DNA of 64,000 bases from Polyangiales bacterium (GCA_038231275.1 JBBRLQ010000004.1:335960-399959); one strand, 5' to 3'; counted from the stretch's first letter, positions 39,948-50,260 are shown. Notes: generated by a model not told the origin, from the letters alone. Made by a program: numbers and translations.

Positions 39948-42191
39948 ATGCCGACGTCGCACCTCGCACCGAGCGCCGATCTGCCCCCGTGGGCGGGCGC
40001 CCTCGCGGCGCTCCTGGTCCTCGTGAGCCTGGGGCTGCTCGTCGTCGAGATGCGTCGGCGCGAGCGCGGGGGCGTCGCGATCCTCGCGAGCGGCGTCTTC
40101 GCGCTCTTGGCGCTCCTCGCGGCGGTGCTGCGACCGGTGCGCATCGCGGCGCGCGAGAGCGTCGTGGGCGCGCGCGTCGTGGTGCTCGCAGACGCGTCGC
40201 GCTCCATGGCGCTGAAGGACGGCGGGCGCGCGCGAAGGGACGCACGTGACAAGACGCTCGCCGAGCTGGCGCGGACCGGCAAGGACGCGCGGCTCCTCGT
40301 GCTCGGGTTCGGCGACGGAGCGCCACGTCCGCTCGCGGTCGGCGACGGCGCGGGCGACGCGAACGCGCGGGCGCCGCGGAGCGATCTCGGCGCCGCGCTG
40401 CGCGCGCTGGCGGCGGCGCCCGACGAGAGGCCCGCGGCGATCGTCGTCGTGAGCGACGGCCGACTCGATGATCCGCCGGAGGACGCGTCTCCCGCGACGC
40501 TCAAGGCGCTGAGCGAGACGCTGCACGTTCCGGTGCACACGATCGCGACGACGCGCGACGCGCCTGCCGACGCGAGCGTACGTCGCGTGGCGGCGGCGGG
40601 GGCCGCGGTGGCGCACGTGCCGCTGCCGCTCCGCGTCGAGATCGGGTGCGCGGGCGGCCTCTCCTGCGACGAGATGACCGTGACCGCGCGAGAGCTGCGT
40701 GAGGACGGCCCCCCTGCCCTCCTCGCCACCGGCCTCGCCCACTTGAAGGACGGCAAGGGCACCCTCGACCTGACCGTGACGCTCGAGCGCGCGGGCTCGC
40801 GCATCCTCGAGATCGCCATCACGCCTCCCGGCGGCGATGTGATCCCGGAGAACGATCGCCGGCTCGTCACCTTCAACGTCGCACGGGAGCGCGTGCGTGT
40901 GCTGCACGTGGCGGGCCGACCGACGAACGACACGCGCGCGCTGCGCCGGTGGCTCAAGAGCGATGCGTCGGTGGACGTCGTCGCGTTCTTCATTTTGCGG
41001 ACGCCGGCCGACAACCCGCTCGCCACACAGGAAGATCTCGCACTCATCCCCTTCCCGGTCGACGAGCTCTTCAGCGAGCACCTGCCGTCGTTCGACGCGG
41101 TGGTGCTTCAGGACTTCGACGCGCAGCCGTACGGCCTCGAGAAGCACCTCCCGGCGCTCGCGCGCTACGTGAAAGCGGGCGGCGGGCTCATCATGGTCGG
41201 CGGTCCGAACTCGTTCGTCGCGGGCGGATATGCGGGGACGGCGATCGCCGACGTGCTTCCGGTCGGGCTCGACGCGTCGCCGGGCTCGACGGCGGCGGAT
41301 ACCGCACCGTTCGTGCCGCAGACGAGCGATCAGGGACGCGCGGCGCCGCTCCTCGGACCTTTGCGCGGCGTGGTCGGTGACGAGCTGCCGCAGATGCCGG
41401 GCGCCAACGTCCTCGGCGACGTGCGGCCGGGGGGCGTCGTGTTGTGGACGCACCCGACTCGCACGACGAAGAGCGGCGCGCCGATGCCGGTCCTCGCGAT
41501 CGGTGACGTGGGCGACGGGCGCACGATCGCGATGGGCGCCGACGGCGGGTGGCTCCTCGAGTTCTCGGCGCTCGGCGCGCGGACGTCGGGGCGCGGGCAC
41601 GGCGCGCTGTGGGATGGCCTCCTCGGCTGGCTCATGCGCGACCCACGTTTCGAGCCGGCGCAGCTCGAGCTCGGCGCGGGATGCACGGGCGGTCTCCCGA
41701 CCCCTGTGCGTGCGCACCTCTTGCCCGCGGCGCCGGGGGCGAAGCAGGCGCAGCAGGAGGTTGTCGTCCTCGATGTCGCGAGGCTCGACAAGCAAGGGGC
41801 ACCGATTCACCTCACCGCTCCGCGCCCGTCAGCGGGTACCAGCGATCCGACCGTCGAGCTGACGGTGCCGCCGCTCGAGGCGGGAGGCTTCGCCGCGCGC
41901 ATGCGTGTGGGCTCGGGCCCGGCGACGCGACGCGATTTCGCGTGCGAGGCAGGCGGCGACGAGTGGGCGGACTCCCGACCCGATCCCGAGCGCCTCCGCG
42001 CGCTCGCGGCGGCGACCGGCGGGACGTTCGCGTGGGCCGACGATCCGACGACGCTTCCCCTCCCCAAGCCGACGGTGGTGAGCGCGGAGCGGCACGTCGT
42101 GCCGGTCGCGCCGCCCTGGCTCTGGACGCTGGCGGCCGCGCTCGCGTTCGGCGCGCACTGGTTCGCGCGGCGTCGAAGCGGGCTCGTCTAG
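39948..42191 (+). CDS. Membrane protein with VWA-like and glutamine-amidotransferase-like (GATase1-like) domains
   Basis: N-terminal TMs; DASRSM MIDAS motif, SDG; GGGLIMVGGPNSF; C-terminal TM. Confidence 0.75.
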   Translation: MPTSHLAPSADLPPWAGALAALLVLVSLGLLVVEMRRRERGGVAILASGVFALLALLAAVLRPVRIAARESVVGARVVVLADASRSMALKDGGRARRDARDKTLAELARTGKDARLLVLGFGDGAPRPLAVGDGAGDANARAPRSDLGAALRALAAAPDERPAAIVVVSDGRLDDPPEDASPATLKALSETLHVPVHTIATTRDAPADASVRRVAAAGAAVAHVPLPLRVEIGCAGGLSCDEMTVTARELREDGPPALLATGLAHLKDGKGTLDLTVTLERAGSRILEIAITPPGGDVIPENDRRLVTFNVARERVRVLHVAGRPTNDTRALRRWLKSDASVDVVAFFILRTPADNPLATQEDLALIPFPVDELFSEHLPSFDAVVLQDFDAQPYGLEKHLPALARYVKAGGGLIMVGGPNSFVAGGYAGTAIADVLPVGLDASPGSTAADTAPFVPQTSDQGRAAPLLGPLRGVVGDELPQMPGANVLGDVRPGGVVLWTHPTRTTKSGAPMPVLAIGDVGDGRTIAMGADGGWLLEFSALGARTSGRGHGALWDGLLGWLMRDPRFEPAQLELGAGCTGGLPTPVRAHLLPAAPGAKQAQQEVVVLDVARLDKQGAPIHLTAPRPSAGTSDPTVELTVPPLEAGGFAARMRVGSGPATRRDFACEAGGDEWADSRPDPERLRALAAATGGTFAWADDPTTLPLPKPTVVSAERHVVPVAPPWLWTLAAALAFGAHWFARRRSGLV

Positions 42192-42238
42192 GCGAGGTCT
42201 AGGCGAGCTCTAAGCGAGGCCTAGGCGACGTCTAGGCG
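42187..42238 (+). repeat. 11-bp tandem repeat (~4.7 copies) built on a stop codon
   Basis: TCTAGGCGAGG/TCTAGGCGAGC/TCTAAGCGAGG/CCTAGGCGACG/TCTAGGCG. Confidence 0.8.
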
Positions 42239-42285
42239 CGGACGACCGGCGCAACGGCCCGCGGCTCCCGTGCTACCTTTTGCCG

Positions 42286-44757
42286 GTGCGTCGCGCCGCG
42301 TTCATCTTCGTCGCCCTCGCGCCTGCGCTCCTCGCGCCCGCTCCCGCCCGGGCCCTCGTGTGGCCGGACGTGCCGGAGCGCGTCGAGAAGGATCTGACCT
42401 CGCCCGACGCGCTCACGCGGAGGGTGGCCGCGCGACAGCTCTCCGAGCTCGGCCTCGGCCGCGGCGCGCCGCTGATCGTCCGCGCGCTCGCCGACACCGA
42501 CACCGAAGTGCGCTTGGTGGCGGCGCAGTCGGCGATTCGACTTCGGGTCCCCGCGGCGCTCGACGGCGTGTTGCCATGGCTCGGCGACCGCGATCCGCGC
42601 CTGCGCATTGCGGCGTGCGAGGTCGCGCGCGCTGTGCCGGACGCGCCGCGGACGGTGCCCCCCCTCGCGCGCGCGCTGGGCGACTCCGACGCCAGCGTGC
42701 GCGTCGCGGCGGCGGACGCGCTGGGGTCGCAGTCGTCGACGGATGCGGTGGCGCCGCTCCTCGGGAAGCTCGACGACCCGAGCCCCACTGTGCGCATTCA
42801 GATCGCGCGCGCGCTCGCCCGGCTCGGCGACGGACGCGCCGTGGAGCCGCTCGCCGGCAAGGTGCAAGACTCGGTGCCGGAGGTGCGGCAGGCGGTGGCG
42901 CGCGCGCTCGGCGAGCTCGGAGACCTGCGCGCCACGCAAGCGCTCCTCTTGCAGTTGCGCGACGGCGTGCAGGAGGTGCGTGTGGAGGCCCTCGGCGCGC
43001 TCGGCCGCCTGCGCGCGCCCGACGCCGCGAGCGCGATCGGTCCGCTCGCCGCCGAGCGTACGCTCGCGATCCGGCTCGCGGCGATGACCGCGCTCGGTCG
43101 CATCGCGACGCCGGACGCGGTGCGCGCGCTCACGGCGCTCCTCGGTCAAGGAGACGACGCGGGCGGCGGGCTGGAGCGAACCCCGGTCCGCGAGGCGCTC
43201 GTCGCGTGCGGAGCGCCGGCCATCGGCGATCTCGCCGCGATCCTCGAGCGCCCACCGACGACCGCCATCGCCACGAGCGCCGCGTGGGTGCTCGGCGAGC
43301 TGCACGCGCGGAAGAAGGCGCCCGACATCGTGCAGGCGATGCGACGTGGCGCGCTGCCCGTCGCGGCCGCGCTGCGTGCGCTCGGAGGCACCGGCTCCGG
43401 CAACGAGGTGCCGATCGTGCTCGAGTTCGCGTCGGATCCGAGCCAGGTCGTGCGCGCCGAGGCGGTCCGCGCCGCGACCGCGCTGCTCGACCCATCGCGC
43501 CCCGACGGTCGCGCGGTCGAGCCCCTCGCGGCGGCGCTTCGCGACGCGCGTCTCTCCACGGGCGAGCGCGCGGACCTGGCGACGCTTCTCGGCAGAACGG
43601 GAGCGCCGCGCGCCGCGCCGATCCTGGCGGGCCTCGCGAGCGCGAAGGAGCCGGTCCTGAAGCTCGCGGCGATCGACGCGCTCGGCACGCTCGGCCCGGC
43701 GGGCGCCGACGACGCGCTCCTCGACCGCCTGACCGACGCCGATCCGCAGGTGCGCCTACACGCGGCGATCGCGCTGGCCGACGCCGGGAGCCCCGCCGCC
43801 GAGGCGCGCCTCCTGGCGAAGCTCGACGGCGTCGAAGAGGTCGACCGCGCGAGCGTGCTCTCGGCGCTGGCAGGCATCCTCGCGCGGTCCCCCTCGGAGC
43901 CCGCGATCGCCCGACTGTCGCGCGCGCTGGAGCTCGCGGCCGGTGCCGAGCGCGACGCGCTGCTCGAGGCGATCGGCCGTTCGCGGTCGCCGGCGGCGTT
44001 GCGCGCCCTCGTGGCCGCCGCCGCTGGAGACGCCGACGACCGCCGCGCCGTCGCGACGCTCCTCTCCTTGCACGAGGGGCGAACCGAGGCGAACGCGCTC
44101 GCCACGAAGCTCCTCGGCGATCCCGACGCGACCGTGCGCGCGCAAGCGGCGTGGTCGCTGGGCGCGCTCGGCGACGGTGCGAGCATTCCCGCGCTCGCCG
44201 CGCTCCTCGCCCGCGCCGAGCTCGATCCCGCCGCCGACGCCGCCGCCTCGATCGGTAGAATCGCCGCGCGCGCGAAGAGTCCGACCGCCGCCGCTCAGAA
44301 CCTGTGCCCGGCGGCGCGCGACTTGCGCGCCCTCGTCCGCGCCAACGCGCTCGCCGGCCTCTCGCTCGCGGGCGCGCGCTGCGAAGGCGGCGCCGCCGAG
44401 AGGCGCGCGCTCGACGCCGACCCGAGCGACGCGGTTAGGCGCGCCGCCGCGTTCGCGATCGCCAAGAGTGGCGCCGCGTCGGCCGAAGATCGCCGCGCCC
44501 TCGAGCGATGCGCCGCGATGGATCGCTCTGGGGCGGTCGCGCAAGCGTGCCGCGCGCTTCCGTCGTCGACCGGCGCCCCGCGCTCGGTCACCATTTATCC
44601 GGTGGCCGAAGGGGTCGGCGCGCCGCGGCCCCACGCGACCTACGCAGTCTCGCTCGCCGACGGGACCGTGCACGCCGGCACCGCCGATCGCCGCGGGGCC
44701 GCCTTCGAGGCCAGCGCACCCGCCGGCGAGCTCTCCCTCGTCCGCGCGGGTCGGTGA
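42286..44757 (+). CDS. Exported HEAT-repeat protein
   Basis: Signal peptide (ARA-L); many LxDxDxxVRxxAxxALG repeats. Confidence 0.85.
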   Translation: MRRAAFIFVALAPALLAPAPARALVWPDVPERVEKDLTSPDALTRRVAARQLSELGLGRGAPLIVRALADTDTEVRLVAAQSAIRLRVPAALDGVLPWLGDRDPRLRIAACEVARAVPDAPRTVPPLARALGDSDASVRVAAADALGSQSSTDAVAPLLGKLDDPSPTVRIQIARALARLGDGRAVEPLAGKVQDSVPEVRQAVARALGELGDLRATQALLLQLRDGVQEVRVEALGALGRLRAPDAASAIGPLAAERTLAIRLAAMTALGRIATPDAVRALTALLGQGDDAGGGLERTPVREALVACGAPAIGDLAAILERPPTTAIATSAAWVLGELHARKKAPDIVQAMRRGALPVAAALRALGGTGSGNEVPIVLEFASDPSQVVRAEAVRAATALLDPSRPDGRAVEPLAAALRDARLSTGERADLATLLGRTGAPRAAPILAGLASAKEPVLKLAAIDALGTLGPAGADDALLDRLTDADPQVRLHAAIALADAGSPAAEARLLAKLDGVEEVDRASVLSALAGILARSPSEPAIARLSRALELAAGAERDALLEAIGRSRSPAALRALVAAAAGDADDRRAVATLLSLHEGRTEANALATKLLGDPDATVRAQAAWSLGALGDGASIPALAALLARAELDPAADAAASIGRIAARAKSPTAAAQNLCPAARDLRALVRANALAGLSLAGARCEGGAAERRALDADPSDAVRRAAAFAIAKSGAASAEDRRALERCAAMDRSGAVAQACRALPSSTGAPRSVTIYPVAEGVGAPRPHATYAVSLADGTVHAGTADRRGAAFEASAPAGELSLVRAGR

Positions 44758-45230
44758 TGGCCAAGCTGAAGCGCCGGAAGCGGCTGCACATGCCGGAGGG
44801 CCTCGATGGTGTCCTCAGCCGCGCAGGCGAGAACCGCTACGCGAAGACGAAGCCGCCGGTGAGCGAGGAGGTCTGGACCCAAGCGGTCGGCCACCGCATC
44901 GCCGAGCGCGCGCGCCCGGTCGGCCTCGAGCGCGGCATCCTCACGGTGCGCGCGGCGACGGCGGTGTGGTCGAGCGAGCTGTCGCTCCTCTCGGACGCGC
45001 TCCTCGAGCGCCTGCGCGCGTGCGGCGTCGAGGTGAAGGAGCTGCGCTTCCGCGTCGGGCCGCTCGATCCGCCGCGCAGCCTCGCTGAGGTGCGCACGTC
45101 GCGAAGGATTCCGTCGCCCGCCGCGATCACGGAGGAGCTCGCCGAGGCGATCGACGGGATCGCCGACGATGAGCTCCGCGCGATCGTCAAAGGTGCCGCG
45201 AGCGCGAACCTCGCGTGGCAAAAAAAATAG
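44757..45230 (+). CDS. DUF721 / DciA-like protein
   Basis: WTQAVGHRIAERARP...GILTVRA...WSSEL; TGATG coupling. Confidence 0.75.
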   Translation: MAKLKRRKRLHMPEGLDGVLSRAGENRYAKTKPPVSEEVWTQAVGHRIAERARPVGLERGILTVRAATAVWSSELSLLSDALLERLRACGVEVKELRFRVGPLDPPRSLAEVRTSRRIPSPAAITEELAEAIDGIADDELRAIVKGAASANLAWQKK

Positions 45231-45254
45231 AACCAGGGCCTCTCCGTCAGGAGT

Positions 45255-45292
45255 CGTTTCGCTCCTCTGCGCTTCGCTCCACTCCGCTCCAC
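45255..45292 (-). repeat. Post-stop 29-bp element, copy 3 (one mismatch, partial extra unit)
   Basis: GTGGAGCGG-AGTGGAGCGAAGCGCAGAGGAGCGAAACG directly after TGA 45293-45295. Confidence 0.85.
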
Positions 45293-46147
45293 TCACCGCA
45301 GCGCGGCAAGCCGCTCGAGCCCCTCGAGCCGTTGCAACAGGAAGCGCTCGGCCGGACCGAAGGCGCCGAGCTGACCGCGAAGCTGCTCGATGTACCCGCG
45401 CAGACGCGCCAGATCGATCGCCGTGACCTTTCGCATCGCCTGGTACAGCTCGTCGATGACCGACGCCGGACACGGCCGCCCCTGCGCCGCGTACAGCTCG
45501 ATGACGTAGTCGGCCCAGCCGCCCTTTCCGGTCGCCGTCGCCAGCTTCGCGCTGAACTTCGCCGCCTGATCGACGAGCGACGGCGGCACGCTGCGCCCCT
45601 GGCGCGTCGTCTCGATGACGTCGGCGAGTGCGGAGGCAAGGAGCCGCTCCGCCTCTGCTGCGCGCCCCATCGCGAGCGCCTTCTCCGCGACTCCGCCGAG
45701 GAGCTTGAACGCGTCGGCGCGCCGCACCATGCTCGGCTCGGGCTCGCTGTCGACTGGCTGGCTTGACGGCACTTCCACTTGGCGAACCGCCGCCGCCATC
45801 TTCGGCAAGGTCAGCTTCGCGGCGGCTTGCGGCGGTCCCACCGGCGCGCCGCTCGGACCTCCATCGTCGCGCGCGTGCAGCAGGGTCAGCTCTTGTCCGC
45901 CGATGAGGATCTTGTCGCCGGCGCGCAGCTCGACGCGTCCCTCGATGCGCTGGCCGTTGACGAGCACGCCGTTGCGACTGCCGAGGTCTTCTACGAGGAC
46001 GCCGTCACGGCTCACGTAGAGGATCGCGTGCCTGCGCGAGACGAGCGGATCGTCGAGCGAGAGCTGGCAGCTCGCGTTGCGGCCGACGGCGAACTGGCCC
46101 TCGCTGAGCTCGAGGTCGTGCTGGAGATAGCGCAGGCGGAAGCGCAT
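45293..46147 (-). CDS. FHA domain protein with helical C-terminal domain
   Basis: VGRN...VSRRHA...DLGSRNG. Confidence 0.88.
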   Translation of the reverse strand: MRFRLRYLQHDLELSEGQFAVGRNASCQLSLDDPLVSRRHAILYVSRDGVLVEDLGSRNGVLVNGQRIEGRVELRAGDKILIGGQELTLLHARDDGGPSGAPVGPPQAAAKLTLPKMAAAVRQVEVPSSQPVDSEPEPSMVRRADAFKLLGGVAEKALAMGRAAEAERLLASALADVIETTRQGRSVPPSLVDQAAKFSAKLATATGKGGWADYVIELYAAQGRPCPASVIDELYQAMRKVTAIDLARLRGYIEQLRGQLGAFGPAERFLLQRLEGLERLAALR

Positions 46148-46317
46148 CGTCCTACGCGACCCGTCCGCGCGAAAACCTCAACGATTCGGCGGTTGGACGT
46201 CCGAGCTCTGGCATCGCCTGCGCGGATCCTACCGGACGAGCGCGGCCGGGATCCACTTACCGCGGACTAGGGCACAAAGACGGCGAAAACACGGCGCGCG
46301 AGGGTGGTCCAGAGGCC

Positions 46318-47223
46318 TCAGGAAGGCCGCGGATCAGGCGCCGAGCGTGGGTTGCTTCGCAGCTCGGCGAGGCTCGCCCGGAGCTGCTCGAGTCGCGAGA
46401 TGACCTCGGTCTCGTCGTCCGCGAGCGGCCGGGTGAGCGACCGGCAATGCAGGACGAGCGCCTCGATCGACTCGGCGACCTCGGGGTGGCGCGGACCGAG
46501 CTGGGCGAGCCGCTCGATCACCTCCGCGGGGGGAATGAACTGCACGCGACGGTACACTTGCGCCGTCCATGAGCCCCAGGTCGGATCGTCGGACTCCGTC
46601 GCTACCCGCGTCGCGGCCACCGCAAGCGTGGCGAGCTGTCGAGGGTCCACTTGCTCGTGCGAGACGATGCGCTCTTCCACCTGCGCGGTCGCCCGTCGCA
46701 GGATGCGCTCGGCGTCGGCGACGCGCGAGAGCGACAGCGCCTTCTCGAGGACCTCGATCAAGAGCTGGACGCTCCACGAGCCTTGCGACGCGGCGCCGAA
46801 CTGGCCGCTCAAGGTCTCCTCGTCCATCTGCTCCGTCGCCCCGCAGTTCGGGCACGCGATGACCTCCTGCGGGTACGGAAGCCTGCATTTCGCGCAGTGG
46901 CGCAGGAAGCCGGTCGTCTTCGCCGCGACATTCGCCACCTGCTCGACACGACAGAACACGAGCTCCTGCGTTCCAACGCGGAGCCGGTCGCCGTCCTTGA
47001 GCTTCGCCGCGCCGCGGATGGGCGCGCCGTTGAGCTTCACCCCGTTGCGGCTCCCGAGGTCCTGGAGCGTGGCGTCGTCGCCGTCGATCACGATGCGCGC
47101 GTGCTGCCTCGAAACGAGCGGATCCTCGATGGTCACGTGACAATCCGAGCTCCGCCCGATCAAGGTGGCGCCGCGAGGGAGATCGAACTCTTGCAGCAAG
47201 AAGCGGAGCCGGTACCTCGCCAC
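46318..47223 (-). CDS. FHA domain protein with Zn-ribbon; paralog of the neighbour
   Basis: IGRS...VSRQHA...DLGSRNG; CAKC...CPNC; GGAGG before GTG 47223. Confidence 0.88.
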   Translation of the reverse strand: MARYRLRFLLQEFDLPRGATLIGRSSDCHVTIEDPLVSRQHARIVIDGDDATLQDLGSRNGVKLNGAPIRGAAKLKDGDRLRVGTQELVFCRVEQVANVAAKTTGFLRHCAKCRLPYPQEVIACPNCGATEQMDEETLSGQFGAASQGSWSVQLLIEVLEKALSLSRVADAERILRRATAQVEERIVSHEQVDPRQLATLAVAATRVATESDDPTWGSWTAQVYRRVQFIPPAEVIERLAQLGPRHPEVAESIEALVLHCRSLTRPLADDETEVISRLEQLRASLAELRSNPRSAPDPRPS

Positions 47224-47437
47224 GCTCACCTCCGGAGGCGCAGGGCGAACGCCGTGCGCGACTCGAACAGCATTGAAGTATACGGCGAAAGCTTTTCGAT
47301 TTGTCGCGCCATTCCCCAGAGAAGCCCCTAGCGCCGAAAAAAGGCGCGGGCATGTGGGCACAGGTGCGGGCGGGCGCGACGGGTGCAGCCCGTTCGCCGT
47401 TCCGCCGGGCGCTCGTGATAAGGTGGCCGCTCGCTTC

Positions 47438-47707
47438 ATGGCCGACTCCCCCGCCGACATGATTTTTCGAGCGTGCCGCGATCAACTCGCGCCCCTCGTA
47501 CGCGCGGACGGCGGAGTTCTCTACGTGGTCGCCGCGTCCACCGACGACGTGCATCTGCACCTCGCGGGCACCTGCGCAGGTTGCCCGGGCGCGACGATGA
47601 CGCGCGATCGCCTCATTTCGCCGGCGGTGAAGGCGATCCTCCCGAAGGCGCAGCTCCGCGTTACGACGGGCTGGCGTGTGCCCGAAGGTGCGCGGAAGGT
47701 CGAGTAA
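47438..47707 (+). CDS. NifU/Nfu-like Fe-S scaffold domain protein
   Basis: PLVRADGG...LAGTCAGCP. Confidence 0.85.
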   Translation: MADSPADMIFRACRDQLAPLVRADGGVLYVVAASTDDVHLHLAGTCAGCPGATMTRDRLISPAVKAILPKAQLRVTTGWRVPEGARKVE

Positions 47708-47772
47708 GGCGGCTTCGCCCGCTGCTTTGCCGCGCGCTACGTGCGTGCTGCTTGCCGCGCGCTACGTGCGCG

Positions 47773-48666
47773 CTACTTGCGGGGGGGCGGCGGGTTGGCC
47801 TTCTTCCCGCTGGCGCTCGCGGAGCCACTGCCGCCCGCCTTGTTCGGATCGCTGATGCCGCCCTTGGTGACGGCGAGGATGGACTGATCCATCGCGAGCG
47901 GATCCTCGGCCTTCACCATGCGGAGGCGCTCGAGGTTGGCCAGCGTCTGTCGCTCTTCGAGGACGATCGCGCAAATGCGCTTTCGATCGAGCGCGCGAAG
48001 GTGCGAGGTCGCGTCCTGCCAATCGACGGTCGTCGTGATGAGGCCCTTCGACTCGTCCGCCGCGCGAACACGCCCCGCGACGGCGAGTGCCCCCTGCAGC
48101 TTCGTGATCGCTTCCTGGTAGGTCTTGCCGAGCGGCCCGGTCTCGTCGAACGGGATCTCGTCGTAGATCTTCCAGAGACGCGCCGGCGCGCCGATGAAGA
48201 AGAAGAAGCGCTTGCGACCCGCGCGCTCGATCATGAGGAGCGACTCGCGGTTTCGATACGAGTACTCGGTCTTGAGCGGCGTCGCGTCGTAGCCGGTCGG
48301 GACCTCCTTGAACTCGATGAGGCTCCGCTGGAACGCAGCCTTGCGGTTGTCGCGATCGCTCTCGAGCGCCTTCTGCTGGACACCAGGCTGCACGCGTGAA
48401 AGGAGCGGATCGAAGTCCTTGTCGATGACGCCGCCGGTGCCGACGTGCGCGGCGATGACGTCTTGCGGACTCTGCCCCCACTTGAAGCCGTCCATCATCG
48501 GAACGAGGGTGGCGACCTGCGGCGCGTCCCCCTCGGCCACCGTCGCTTTGCCGCCTTTGCCGTCTTTGCCGTCCTTGGGACCGGCACCGGCGGCGGCAGC
48601 GACCGTCAAGGCCACCGCGCCGACCGCGAACACCCCCACCCACGACCGCAACGAAGCTTTCCTCAT
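47773..48666 (-). CDS. Exported hypothetical protein
   Basis: Signal peptide; GFKWGQS motif; typical codon bias. Confidence 0.7.
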   Translation of the reverse strand: MRKASLRSWVGVFAVGAVALTVAAAAGAGPKDGKDGKGGKATVAEGDAPQVATLVPMMDGFKWGQSPQDVIAAHVGTGGVIDKDFDPLLSRVQPGVQQKALESDRDNRKAAFQRSLIEFKEVPTGYDATPLKTEYSYRNRESLLMIERAGRKRFFFFIGAPARLWKIYDEIPFDETGPLGKTYQEAITKLQGALAVAGRVRAADESKGLITTTVDWQDATSHLRALDRKRICAIVLEERQTLANLERLRMVKAEDPLAMDQSILAVTKGGISDPNKAGGSGSASASGKKANPPPPRK

Positions 48667-48907
48667 GGTCCGCCTACTCTTCTTCTTGTCGCGTCTTGCC
48701 AGCCCACGTCCCGCGATTTCGCGGGCATTGGGTACTTCTCAGACTCTTAGACTGGGTTTTACCACGGCTTGGCGGCCTGCAGGCCGACACGGCCGAAACG
48801 GGCGCCACTCCGCTCTCTTTGGACGTAACATCCTCGAAAAGCATGGACAATTAAGCAGCGCGGGCTCAGCTGTTCTTTTGGACGGTCAGCAGGCAACAGG
48901 AGAGTAA

Positions 48908-49447
48908 ATGCGGTGGATCGCAGGCATTATTCTGACGGGCGCGCTCGGGTGCTCCCCCTCCGCGAACGGGCCAAATCGTCCCGTCCCCGCCTACGGGGGT
49001 CATGCGGCCGACCTGTTCGACGACACGATCGAGGCCCGCGCCGTCGGTCTAGACCCCGAGGCTGCCGGTAGCGTCCGGGGCGATCCGGTCTTTCGCGAGA
49101 GGGTCCAGCTCGGCGACGCGACCGTCCGCGTCCTCGTCGACACTGTGACGACGAAACAAGAAGATACGGGCGCCTCTTACCAGATCGGGTTTCGCGTCCT
49201 CGAGACGCTCGCCGGGGTTCACCCGCCGCCCGCCAACTTCAACGTCAAGGTCGACAAAACCAGCCCGTCGGCAGGAATTCTGAAGAGCTACGAGTCGGCG
49301 CTCGTCGGCAAGCGCTTCGTCGCGTTCCTGCGCCTCTTCGGCTCCGGCGACGGCGAGCGCGAGTACCACTTCCACTTGTCGAGCGACTCCAAGGACGTCA
49401 TCGCCGCCGTGCGAGAAGCGAGCGTTCTGGAGAACTTCCACAAATGA
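48908..49447 (+). CDS. Lipoprotein of unknown function
   Basis: AGGAG RBS; ALGC lipobox. Confidence 0.7.
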   Translation: MRWIAGIILTGALGCSPSANGPNRPVPAYGGHAADLFDDTIEARAVGLDPEAAGSVRGDPVFRERVQLGDATVRVLVDTVTTKQEDTGASYQIGFRVLETLAGVHPPPANFNVKVDKTSPSAGILKSYESALVGKRFVAFLRLFGSGDGEREYHFHLSSDSKDVIAAVREASVLENFHK

Positions 49448-49462
49448 GGTAAAGAGAAACTC

Positions 49463-50260
49463 GTGACCGTAGAGATTCACAACGCCAAAGACATCGAGTC
49501 GATGCGCGCCTCGTGCGAGATGGCGGCAGAGACGTTGCTCCTCGTCGGAGAGCGCCTCAAGCCCGGGATGACGACCGAGGACATCAACACGATCGTCCAC
49601 GAAGATACGCTCCGACGCGGCGCGTACCCGTCGCCCCTCAACTACAAGGGCTTCCCCAAGAGCGTGTGCACGTCGGTGAACGACGTGGTCTGCCACGGCA
49701 TCCCCGGCCCGCGAGTCCTCAAGGACGGCGACATCGTCAACGTCGACGTGACGACGTTCTACAAGGGTTTCCACGGCGACACGTCGGCGACCTTCTACGT
49801 CGGCACGCCCAGCCCCGAGGCGCGCAAAGTCGTCGAGGCGGCCCGGCGCGCGCTCGATCTCGGCATCGCCGAGGTGAAGGACGGCGCACGCCTCGGCGAC
49901 ATCGGCGCGGCGATCCAAGAGTACGTCGAGGCGCTGGGCTGCAGCGTGGTGCGCGACTTCGTGGGCCACGGCATCGGCCGCAAATTCCACGAGCCCCCGC
50001 AGGTGAAGCACTTCGGCAAGCGCGGCACCGGCGAACGCATCAAGACCGGGATGATCTTCACGATCGAGCCGATGGTGAACACCGGCCGGTGGGAGGTCGA
50101 GGTCGACCCGAAGGACAAGTGGACCGTGACGACCGCCGACGGCTCACTGTCGGCGCAGTTCGAGCACACGGTCGTCGTCACCAAGGGCGGCTGCGAGGTC
50201 CTCACGAAGCGCGCGAAGCCGCTCCGCATGAGCGAGAACGTCGCCCTCCTGTTCGGCTGA
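49463..50260 (+). CDS. map: Type I methionyl aminopeptidase
   Basis: SVNDVVCHGIP, DVT, GD, GHGIG, FHE, TIEPM, AQFEHT. Confidence 0.96.
   Translation: MTVEIHNAKDIESMRASCEMAAETLLLVGERLKPGMTTEDINTIVHEDTLRRGAYPSPLNYKGFPKSVCTSVNDVVCHGIPGPRVLKDGDIVNVDVTTFYKGFHGDTSATFYVGTPSPEARKVVEAARRALDLGIAEVKDGARLGDIGAAIQEYVEALGCSVVRDFVGHGIGRKFHEPPQVKHFGKRGTGERIKTGMIFTIEPMVNTGRWEVEVDPKDKWTVTTADGSLSAQFEHTVVVTKGGCEVLTKRAKPLRMSENVALLFG

Noticed and set aside
46209-46223. sigma54-like TGGCATCGCCTGCGC on the + strand
   Set aside because: The -12 element is poor and it points antisense into the FHA gene.
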